Origin: Methanomassiliicoccaceae archaeon | Lineage (GTDB): Archaea > Thermoplasmatota > Thermoplasmata > Methanomassiliicoccales > Methanomassiliicoccaceae | DNA length: 64,000 bases | Direction of reading: 5' to 3' | NCBI GenBank assembly: GCA_040776945.1 | Contig: JAXGZN010000002.1 | Span: 800,001 to 864,000 of the forward strand | Part shown: positions 56,111 through 64,000 of the stretch, piece by piece | How the letters are laid out: each line of letters opens with the position of its first letter | Numbering within the stretch: the first letter of the stretch is position 1 | The notes under the pieces: generated by a model | What the model was told of the DNA's origin: nothing | Database searches by the model: none | What the model saw: only the letters and a program-made list of their open reading frames with translations | Translations under genes and position numbers: made by a program

Positions 56111-57184
56111 GTGCCAATGAGGTACGTGTCCGGGAAGATCCTTACAGAGGAGGGCTTCCAGGATGGTCATGTCGGTTTCGAGGACGGCATCGTCAAGGAG
56201 GTAGGCAGGGGGAGGGCCAAGACCAGCGAGGCTGAGGGGATCATAGTGCCCACCTTCGTCAACGCTCACACCCACATCGCCGATTTCGTCGTGCCGGTGG
56301 ACCTCTCCCTTTCATTGGCCGAGGTGGTGGCACCCCCGGACGGCCTTAAGTACAGGGTGCTATCGTCCACTCCTGAGCAGGTTCAGAGGGAAGCGATAGC
56401 GTACATGTCCGAGCTGATGTTCCGGCGGGGCACGTCCGCCTTCGCCGACTTCCGTGAGGGCGGGGTGAAGGGCGCGAGCCTCATGTCCTCAGCGCGGTGG
56501 GCATGCCCCTGCATCCTAGGAAAGCCTCAAGCCCCGGCCTTCGACCGCGAGGAGATCGATGAACTGCTGAAGATCACCGATGGGGTTGGCCCGTCATGCG
56601 TATCGGACTGGGACTATGAGGAGCTTCGCTCCCTATCCTCGTACGTTCGGTCGAAGGGCAAGACCTTCGCCCTCCATAGCTCAGAGAGGATCAGGGAGGA
56701 TCTGGACAAGGTTCTCGATCTAAGGCCTTCGTACCTCATTCACATGACCCAGGCGACCGATGCCGACCTGGAGCGCTGCGCTCAGCTGAACGTGCCTGTG
56801 GTGGTGTGCCCCCGGTCGAACATGTTCTTCGGGATGGTCCCGCCCCTCGCGAGGATGGTCAGGGCCGGGGTGACGGTGGCCTTGGGCACCGATAACGCAA
56901 TGATATCGATGCCTGACCTTTTCGTGGAGATGGAGTTCGCGGCGAGGGTCCTCCGTCAGCAGGGCATGGGGCGGCTGGATTGCGTTTTGCCCATGGTGTT
57001 CAGCAATGGGCGAAAAATTATAAATCGGGGCCAACTGATAGAGTTTGAACCAGATACGGAATGTGACCTTATGGTCGTTCGTTCCAAGCATGGGGAGCCC
57101 CTCACCGACCTGGTCCTGCGCACGGCGGGCGAGGAGCCACTATTGGTCTGCGCAGGAGAAAGGACATGGAGAGGAGCTCGATGA
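56111..57184 (+). CDS. Metal-dependent amidohydrolase/deaminase
   Basis: P.FVNAHTH, H..E, H, CPRSN, LGTDN. Confidence 0.88.
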   Translation: MPMRYVSGKILTEEGFQDGHVGFEDGIVKEVGRGRAKTSEAEGIIVPTFVNAHTHIADFVVPVDLSLSLAEVVAPPDGLKYRVLSSTPEQVQREAIAYMSELMFRRGTSAFADFREGGVKGASLMSSARWACPCILGKPQAPAFDREEIDELLKITDGVGPSCVSDWDYEELRSLSSYVRSKGKTFALHSSERIREDLDKVLDLRPSYLIHMTQATDADLERCAQLNVPVVVCPRSNMFFGMVPPLARMVRAGVTVALGTDNAMISMPDLFVEMEFAARVLRQQGMGRLDCVLPMVFSNGRKIINRGQLIEFEPDTECDLMVVRSKHGEPLTDLVLRTAGEEPLLVCAGERTWRGAR

Positions 57185-57633
57185 ACAGGTTCAACAAGAT
57201 ACTGATCCCGACCGACGGAAGCGAGAACACCAAGTCAGCCATCGCCCAAGGACTGGAACTGGCCAAGGCGATGGGGTCCGAGGTCACGGCGCTGTACGTG
57301 GTCGATCAGGCGTCGTTCGTCAACTTCCCCATGGACGCCACCGTGGTCAGCATCTACTCCCTCCTCGAGAAGGAGGGCAAGGAGGCGGTCGATTACGTGG
57401 TCCGGGAGGGCGAGAAGGCCGGGGTCAAGGTAGAAGGAAAGGTCGTGGAGGGCAACCCTGCGAAGAAGATCATCGAAGAGGCAGAGAACTACGACCTGGT
57501 GGTAATGGGCACCCTCGGCCGCACGGGAATATCCAAGCTTCTCCTGGGAAGCGTTGCCGAGAGGGTCGTCAGGCTCGCTCCCTGCCCCGTCCTGGTCGTC
57601 AGGACGGCGTCAGAGGCGGAGGAGAAGGAATGA
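57181..57633 (+). CDS. Universal stress protein
   Basis: ILIPTDGS, G.P...I, DLVVMGT.GRTG....LGSVAE.VVR.A.CPVLVV. Confidence 0.95.
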   Translation: MNRFNKILIPTDGSENTKSAIAQGLELAKAMGSEVTALYVVDQASFVNFPMDATVVSIYSLLEKEGKEAVDYVVREGEKAGVKVEGKVVEGNPAKKIIEEAENYDLVVMGTLGRTGISKLLLGSVAERVVRLAPCPVLVVRTASEAEEKE

Positions 57634-58475
57634 CCGTCATAAGCCAGGTGATGACCCACAATCCCATCACTGCTGAGATCCCGGGCTCACGCAACGACGT
57701 CCTTAAGCTTATGGTGAAGCACAATCTGACCGGGGTCCCCATTGTAAAGAGGACGGACGGCAGCCTGGCCGGAATGGTCACCCGCAGCGACATCTTCGCC
57801 CACCCCGAAGAGGACCAGCTCGCAATGGTAATGAACCGAGACCCTCTCACCCTATCGCCGCAGGACTCGGTGGAGCACGCCGCATCCATCATCGTCAAGA
57901 CCAAGGTCACCCATTTCCCGGTTGTCGAGAACGGCAAGCTCGTTGGCATACTGACACCTACAGACCTCCTGAACGAGGTCGAGAAGAAGGCCTCTGGAGT
58001 GCCGGTCGAGGAACTGGCGCTGTCTCCATGTGTCCCAATATTCCAGGACTCACCGCTCAGGGTCGCACTGGTGACCTTTAAGGTAAGCGGGGTGAGTGCG
58101 CTGCCGGTGCTGGATGCCAATGGTCGTCTTTCCGGAATACTCACCGACCGCGATGTTTTCAACAAGAGCCTCATCAACGGCTCCATCGCCCTAACCGCCC
58201 TCGGCATCGGGGGGGACGAGGACGAGTGGACCTGGGAGGGGCTGAGGAACGTCATGAAGCTGTGGTTCGAGGTGTCCAAGATCGAGGTCCCCGCCATTCC
58301 GGTGAGGGACATAATGGTCCGGTCACCCACAACCGTATTTAGGAAGACCAGCGTATCGGAGGCCGCCAGGACCATGAGGCGCAACGATTTCGGACAGATG
58401 CCAGTGGTGGACACCAAGGAGAATCTGGTGGCCATGCTGTACGATTTCAACGTGATCTCCATCCTGGCCCCGTGA
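57630..58475 (+). CDS. Four-CBS-domain protein
   Basis: Four repeats of hPVh...hhGhhT..D; ATG overlaps the usp stop. Confidence 0.9.
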   Translation: MTVISQVMTHNPITAEIPGSRNDVLKLMVKHNLTGVPIVKRTDGSLAGMVTRSDIFAHPEEDQLAMVMNRDPLTLSPQDSVEHAASIIVKTKVTHFPVVENGKLVGILTPTDLLNEVEKKASGVPVEELALSPCVPIFQDSPLRVALVTFKVSGVSALPVLDANGRLSGILTDRDVFNKSLINGSIALTALGIGGDEDEWTWEGLRNVMKLWFEVSKIEVPAIPVRDIMVRSPTTVFRKTSVSEAARTMRRNDFGQMPVVDTKENLVAMLYDFNVISILAP

Positions 58476-58506
58476 AACGTTCCGACCTAACGAAGAGGTA
58501 AATGAC

Positions 58507-60210
58507 ATGGATGCATCAGACGTTCTCTCGCTGTGCAAGCGCAGGGGTTTCCTTTACCCCTCCTATGAGATCTACGGCGGCGTCGCCGGGATGTTCGACT
58601 ATGGTCCCCTGGGCACCGCGATGAGGAACAATATCGTGGAGATATGGAGGCGCCTATATACACTGGGCGAGGGGTTCGTGGAGATCGACTCGGAGACCAT
58701 AGGCCCTGAGATAGTGTTCAAGGCCTCCGGCCACGTGGACGAGTTCGCCGACAAGATGGTTAAGTGCAGGTCATGCGATGAGGCGCACCGGGCCGATCAT
58801 CTGGTCAAGGACCTCCACCCCAATCCCGGGACCCTGAAGGACGCGGAGCTGGACGATCTTATCCGGGAAAGGGGCGTCACCTGCCCGGCATGCGGGGGCG
58901 AGCTTTCCACGGTCGAGGAGTTCAACCTCATGTTCAAGACCGTGATCGGTCCTGGGTCCGGAAGGGTCGGATATCTTCGCCCGGAGACGGCCCAAGGCAT
59001 CTTCGTCAACTTCCCCAACCTCTACCGCTACAATCGCGAGAAGCTTCCCCTGGGCGTCATCCAGGTGGGGCGCGGCTACCGCAATGAGATATCCCCTCGC
59101 CAGGGGGTCATCCGCATGCGGGAGTTCAACATGATGGAGTGCGAGCTCTTCGTGGACCCCGAGGACAAGACCTGGCCTCGCTTCGATGACGTGAGGGGCG
59201 AGAGGCTGAGGCTGCTCGTGAACGACGGCCGCGAGCTGGAGATCACGGTGGGCGAGGCCGTGGAACAGAGGATCATCTGCAACCAAGTGCTCGCCTACTT
59301 TGTCTGGTTCACTCAGGAGTTCCTTAGGTCCGTAGGCGTGGACGGCGAAAAGCTCCGCTTCCGCCAGCACGAGAGGGATGAGATGGCCCACTATGCCGCT
59401 GATTGCTGGGACGCCGAAGCGCTCCTCAGCTTCGGCTGGACCGAGATAGTGGGCATCGCCGACCGGGGCTGCTGGGACCTTTCCAGGCATATCAGTTTCT
59501 CGGGAGTGGACATGTCCGTGTTCAAGAGGTTCGACGCTCCTCATGAGGTGGAGAGGGACGTCATCAAACCGAAGTATGGCCTCTTGGGCCCCAAGTTCAA
59601 GGCCCTTGGTGCAAAGATAGGCAAGGCGCTGGAAGCCACCGACCCATCGATGATCGTAAACGGCTCGGTCACCGTGGAGGTGGAGGGAACGAAATATGAC
59701 ATCGGACAGGAGATGTTCGACGTCGCCCGCGTTAAGGAGAAGGTCTCCGGGGTAAAGGTGATACCTCACGTCATCGAGCCGTCGCACGGCCTGGACCGCA
59801 TCACCTACGCCTGTTTGGAGCATGCCTACGACAAGAAGGAGGACATGGAGACGCTCCGGCTGTCATCGGCGATCGCGCCCATCAAGTTCGGGGTGTTCCC
59901 TCTGATGGCCAGAGATGGCCTGGACAAGGTAGCGATGCAGATCGATGAGGACATCCGGTACACTGGCATAGAGACATACTACGATGATTCTGGCTCCATA
60001 GGCCGTAGGTACGCGAGGATGGACGAGATAGGCACCCCGTACTGCATCACCGTGGACTACCAGACCCTCGAGGACGGCACCGTGACGATAAGAGAGCGTG
60101 ACAGCCAGGAGCAGGTCCGTGTAAAGGTCAAGGACCTGCCAGTGGTCACACGGGCGGTTCTTTGCGGCGCCAATATCGAGCAGTTCGTGGACGGGAACGG
60201 TCCGGAGTGA
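58507..60210 (+). CDS. glyS: Glycine--tRNA ligase (alpha2 type)
   Basis: DYGPLG, LRPETAQG, RNEISPR, HYA.DCWD, VIEPS.G.DR, SIGRRYAR.DEIG. Confidence 0.97.
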   Translation: MDASDVLSLCKRRGFLYPSYEIYGGVAGMFDYGPLGTAMRNNIVEIWRRLYTLGEGFVEIDSETIGPEIVFKASGHVDEFADKMVKCRSCDEAHRADHLVKDLHPNPGTLKDAELDDLIRERGVTCPACGGELSTVEEFNLMFKTVIGPGSGRVGYLRPETAQGIFVNFPNLYRYNREKLPLGVIQVGRGYRNEISPRQGVIRMREFNMMECELFVDPEDKTWPRFDDVRGERLRLLVNDGRELEITVGEAVEQRIICNQVLAYFVWFTQEFLRSVGVDGEKLRFRQHERDEMAHYAADCWDAEALLSFGWTEIVGIADRGCWDLSRHISFSGVDMSVFKRFDAPHEVERDVIKPKYGLLGPKFKALGAKIGKALEATDPSMIVNGSVTVEVEGTKYDIGQEMFDVARVKEKVSGVKVIPHVIEPSHGLDRITYACLEHAYDKKEDMETLRLSSAIAPIKFGVFPLMARDGLDKVAMQIDEDIRYTGIETYYDDSGSIGRRYARMDEIGTPYCITVDYQTLEDGTVTIRERDSQEQVRVKVKDLPVVTRAVLCGANIEQFVDGNGPE

Positions 60211-60389
60211 CTTCCGGGAAGGTCCAGCGCAACGGTCCCATCGGGCCTGACCGCCCGAGTGGTTCCGCTTTGGCGACAATGACAGCCAAGGTTCAATAGC
60301 CTAGAAGGCGTTTTCCTGGCCAGGAACGAGTTCGCGCCATCGCTGGCGTAAACCTCTTCATGCAAATCCCGAGCAAACGAGGAGAAACA

Positions 60390-61589
60390 ATGAACGCACA
60401 GGAGATAGCGGGGATGAAGAAGAGGGAGCAGCTCAGGTCGATGATCGAGGCGATCAAGTTGACCGACCTGATGACCAAGGGGTTCGACACGGTGAGCCCT
60501 GAGGAGCAGCTCTCGGACGTGCTCAAGAGAATGGGGCAGCTTGACCTGCACGAGATGCCGGTCAGCCTGGACGGCAAGAGGTTGATGGGCGTTGTGAGCT
60601 ATGGAACGCTGTTGAAGAGGAGGAATCTCCCCATCACCACCAAGGCGGGCTCCATAGCCGTAATGCCTCAGGAGATCACCCCGGACACGCTGGTCACGGA
60701 GGCCGCGGAGGCGTTCATGACCTCCGGCTTCCGGCAGATACCGGTGGTCAGAGGGCAGATCATCCAGGGCATCATCTCGCGTACGGACATGATCAAGATC
60801 GTCCAGGGCATCAAGGACCTGCGGGAGCTGAAGGTCAGGGACATCATGACCGAGGACGTGCAGACCGTCGGCTCGGAGGATCCCGTGGAGGCCGCCCTCC
60901 TTTCCATGAAGAACCTGACCATCAGGACCCTGCCGGTGGTGGGCAAGGAGAACCGTCTGGCCGGGATCGTGGGCATCAAGCAGGTGGCCAACTATAACTG
61001 GAGGGAGAGGAAGAGGGAGACCGTTGGCGAGATGACCGGCGACAACAGCCCCATCAAGGTCAATGTCTCCTCGGTCCAGCTGGATTCGGTCATCACAGTG
61101 GAAGAGGGCGCGGCGCTTGGCAGGGCGGTGGAGCTGATGCTGGAGCACAAGGTCTCCACCCTCCCGGTCGTCGATGGGCAGAACCTGGTGGGCATAATCA
61201 CCAAATATGACATCATCGAGCTCCTGGCATCGTTCCGGCAGAGAGACATGGTGTACACGCAGATAACCGGCCTGGACTCAGAGGACAAGTTCGCGGCGGA
61301 GCAGATGGAGAAGGACATCACCGCTTCGCTGCAGAAGATAGCTAAGATCTCGAGGCCCATGCTGTTCACCCTGCACGTCACCAAGTACAACTCGCAGGCG
61401 ACGTCCAACAAGTACTCGCTGAACGGACGCCTGATCACCGAGAACAAGGTATGGGTGGCATCGGCGGTGGATTGGGACCTCAACAGGGCCACCATCGACC
61501 TCATGCAGCGACTGGAGCGCAGAGTGGTGGAGCGGAAGGAGGAGAAATTGGACCACCGCAAGAAGGCCAGGAACATCGGGCACCACTGA
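60390..61589 (+). CDS. 4xCBS protein with C-terminal HPF/RaiA-like domain, paralog 1
   Basis: Four CBS repeats, then about 100 aa ending ASAVDWDLNRATIDLMQRLERRVVERK; GAGGAG RBS. Confidence 0.85.
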   Translation: MNAQEIAGMKKREQLRSMIEAIKLTDLMTKGFDTVSPEEQLSDVLKRMGQLDLHEMPVSLDGKRLMGVVSYGTLLKRRNLPITTKAGSIAVMPQEITPDTLVTEAAEAFMTSGFRQIPVVRGQIIQGIISRTDMIKIVQGIKDLRELKVRDIMTEDVQTVGSEDPVEAALLSMKNLTIRTLPVVGKENRLAGIVGIKQVANYNWRERKRETVGEMTGDNSPIKVNVSSVQLDSVITVEEGAALGRAVELMLEHKVSTLPVVDGQNLVGIITKYDIIELLASFRQRDMVYTQITGLDSEDKFAAEQMEKDITASLQKIAKISRPMLFTLHVTKYNSQATSNKYSLNGRLITENKVWVASAVDWDLNRATIDLMQRLERRVVERKEEKLDHRKKARNIGHH

Positions 61590-61608
61590 GCTGCGAAAAA
61601 CGCTGAAA

Positions 61609-61629
61609 CCTTTTCTTCTTTCCATTTCT
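61609..61629 (+). terminator. Pyrimidine/T-rich archaeal terminator candidate
   Basis: CCTTTTCTTCTTTCCATTTCT just after the paralog 1 stop. Confidence 0.4.
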
Positions 61630-61759
61630 GGTCCCGGTCCGCGTGCTACAACATAAATACCCGGGGCCACACTCAGGATAATCGGGCTGATATGCGCTCC
61701 CCGCTAGCTTTGAGAACGGGCATGGGGAGCGAGGCCAGTTCCGCAATGGGAGGTTTTTG

Positions 61760-62962
61760 ATGCCGGCTGAGGAATTGGTAGGTGTGAACAGGAAGGAAAG
61801 GTTGAGGACCGAGGTCGACAGCATTGGCCTGGACACGCTCATGAGCGAGAGTTTCGAGGCAGTATCTCCGTCCGATACTGTCAATGCCGTGCTGAAGAAG
61901 ATGAAGGAGCTGGACATCCACGAGGTCCCGGTGACCTCGGACGGCAAGCGATTGCTAGGGGTGGTCAGCTACGGCACCCTGCTCAAGAGAAGGAACCTGT
62001 CCGTCGACGCCAAGGCCAATACAGTGATGATGATGCCGCAGCTGGTGACCACTGCGACCCCGGTGACCGAAGTGGCAGAACTGTTCATCAATTCCGGCTA
62101 CCGGGAGGTGCCGGTTATGAGCAACGGTTCGATAGCCGGGATGGTGTCCCGCTCCGACCTGCTTAAGGTCGTGAGGGATGTCCGGGAGCTGAGGAGGATA
62201 CCGGTCAGCGACATAATGTCCTCCGACGTGAAGAGCGTTAAGCTGGACACCAGCGCAAAGGACGCGGTTCAGCTGATGAGCGCGCTGGACGTCCGGGTGC
62301 TGCCGGTGGTCGACGACAACGAGAAGATCATCGGGATCGTGGGCATAAAGGACATAGCGCTGATGAACTGGCATGAAAGGATCCGCATGACCCTCGGCGA
62401 GTTCACGGGGGAGAAGGGCTCAGTGACGGTCAAGGTCGGTTCGGTAGCGGTGGAGCCGCCGGTGGTGGCGCCGCCGGGGATGGAACTGGGAGAGGCTGCT
62501 AGGCTGATGCAGGAAAGGCATATCTCGACCCTGCCAGTGGTAGAGGGCGGCAAGATCCTCGGGATCGTAACCAAGTACGACCTCATCGAGCTCATAGCAT
62601 CCCTACGGCAAAGGAACATGATGTACACCCAGATATCCGGGCTTCGGGACGATGACAGGTTCGCCCAGGACATGATGATGAAGGAGATCGAGCAATCCAT
62701 GAGGAAGATATCTCCCATCGCCACCCCTCTGATGTTCGACCTCCACGTGGGCATGTACAACGACGAGGGATTGAACTACAAGTACTCGCTCCACGCGCGA
62801 TTGACCACGGACGACCGCGTGTTCACCGCCAGTTCGGTGGAATGGGACCTTATAAGGGCGACCGCGGACCTGATGAGGACTTTCGAGCGTCGGGTCATCG
62901 AGCATAAGGAGATGAAGCTGGAGCACCGCCGGAGGACCCGGAACATCGGTCACAGCTACTGA
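61760..62962 (+). CDS. 4xCBS protein with C-terminal HPF/RaiA-like domain, paralog 2
   Basis: Collinear with paralog 1 (DGKRL.GVVSYGTLLKRRNL, TKYD.IEL.AS.RQR, RNIGH); GGAGG RBS. Confidence 0.85.
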   Translation: MPAEELVGVNRKERLRTEVDSIGLDTLMSESFEAVSPSDTVNAVLKKMKELDIHEVPVTSDGKRLLGVVSYGTLLKRRNLSVDAKANTVMMMPQLVTTATPVTEVAELFINSGYREVPVMSNGSIAGMVSRSDLLKVVRDVRELRRIPVSDIMSSDVKSVKLDTSAKDAVQLMSALDVRVLPVVDDNEKIIGIVGIKDIALMNWHERIRMTLGEFTGEKGSVTVKVGSVAVEPPVVAPPGMELGEAARLMQERHISTLPVVEGGKILGIVTKYDLIELIASLRQRNMMYTQISGLRDDDRFAQDMMMKEIEQSMRKISPIATPLMFDLHVGMYNDEGLNYKYSLHARLTTDDRVFTASSVEWDLIRATADLMRTFERRVIEHKEMKLEHRRRTRNIGHSY

Positions 62963-63076
62963 AAGGAACGCTGGAACCTCTTCCCGTCCGGGGAGCTCGG
63001 CCTAATGCCTGCACCCCCGGACGGACCGTGACCAGCCAAACCCTTTTTAATCGAATGGTCATGTCGAACTCCGTCC

Positions 63077-64000
63077 ATGTCACAATATGAAGCGGTGCAG
63101 GCCGAGAGGAAGTGGCAGCAGAAGTGGAAGGAGTGGGAGATCTATCGTTTCGATCCATCCTCTTCCAAGCCCGTGTACAGCATCGACAACCCGCCCAGGT
63201 ACACCTCTGGCTCGCTGCACCTTGGGCACGCCACCGGCTACTCGCTCATCGACTTCGCCGCTCGTTACAAGAGGATGCGCGGCTACAACGTGTTCTTCCC
63301 CCTGTGCTTCGACGTCAACGGCACGCCCACGGAGGTTAAGGTGGAGAAGAAACACGGAATCACCAAGCTGACCGTTCCCCGCCAGGAGTACATCCGCCTG
63401 TGCTCGGAGTTCGCCAACTCGTTCATCGACGAGATGACCGAGCAGTTCGAGGTTCTGGGGGAGAGCATGGACCCGTCCGTCTATTACCAGACGGACGCTC
63501 CCTACTACCGGCGCATCACGCAGATAACCTTCCTCAGGCTGTTCAAGAGGGGGCTCGTCTACAAGGGCACCTATCCCGTGAACTGGTGCCCCAGCTGCAT
63601 CACGGCCCTGGCGGACGCGGAGGTCGAGTACTCCGACAACATGACCAAGCTGAACTACATCAGGTTCCGGATGAAGGGGTGCGATGAGGACGTCATCATC
63701 GCCACCACCAGGCCGGAGCTGCTCTCCGCCTGCCAGCTCGTGGCGGTGTCGCCGGAGGACCGGGAGAAGGAGCGGCTGGTGGGAAGGACCCTGCTGACGC
63801 CGATCTACAACAAGGAGATCAAGGTCATAGCCGACGAAAAGGTCGACCCGGCCTTCGGCACCGGGGTGGTCATGATCTGCACCATCGGGGACAAGACGGA
63901 CCTCGAGTGGGTCATGAAGTACGGCCTGCCGCTGGACAAGGCCATCGACGAGCAGGGCCGGATGACCCGCCTGGCCGGCAAGTACGAGGGGTTGTCCGTC
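63077..64000 (+). CDS. valS: Valine--tRNA ligase (partial, runs off the window)
   Basis: MSQYEAVQAERKWQQKW..., IDNPP.Y.SGSLHLGH, NWCP.C.TALADAEV, IATTRPELL, GTG.VM. Confidence 0.93.
   Translation, partial: MSQYEAVQAERKWQQKWKEWEIYRFDPSSSKPVYSIDNPPRYTSGSLHLGHATGYSLIDFAARYKRMRGYNVFFPLCFDVNGTPTEVKVEKKHGITKLTVPRQEYIRLCSEFANSFIDEMTEQFEVLGESMDPSVYYQTDAPYYRRITQITFLRLFKRGLVYKGTYPVNWCPSCITALADAEVEYSDNMTKLNYIRFRMKGCDEDVIIATTRPELLSACQLVAVSPEDREKERLVGRTLLTPIYNKEIKVIADEKVDPAFGTGVVMICTIGDKTDLEWVMKYGLPLDKAIDEQGRMTRLAGKYEGLSV

Noticed and set aside
58771-61148. Long antisense ORFs opposite glyS and the CBS genes, and many similar shadow ORFs
   Set aside because: These are expected by-products of high GC3 coding on the other strand and show no recognisable motifs.
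1-64000. CRISPR array, rRNA, IS/transposase
   Set aside because: No regularly spaced repeats, rRNA-like sequence or transposase motifs were seen.

Overview
GC-rich archaeal chromosomal window. Archaeal markers include MptD, Trm1, an archaeal-type GluRS, a tRNA with a BHB intron and TATA/BRE promoters. The overall gene content best fits a Methanomassiliicoccales (Thermoplasmatota) methanogen, which is an inference. About 65 CDS and one intron-containing tRNA-Cys are supported. Housekeeping genes include nadA, trm1, purA, gltX, cysS, cysE, pyrD, pyrK, glyS and a partial valS. Main points of interest: (1) the Fe-S scaffold gene iscU carries a 380-aa LAGLIDADG intein inserted at the first cluster-ligating Cys, and the intein is a GC mosaic; (2) an 11-kb, largely bacterial-type glycolysis cluster with a D-lactate-dehydrogenase-like gene; (3) tandem paralogous 4xCBS + HPF-like proteins, candidate ribosome hibernation factors, between glyS and valS; (4) a tRNA-Cys with C73 instead of the canonical U73, near a cysE-cysS-radical SAM operon; (5) a Ni/peptide ABC operon flanked by two methyltransferases that share a 27-bp NikR-like operator; (6) a low-GC, frameshifted zinc-ribbon/Mrr-type nuclease islet beside the tRNA. 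No CRISPR array, rRNA or transposase was seen. All calls come from reading motifs by eye; no database search was run.
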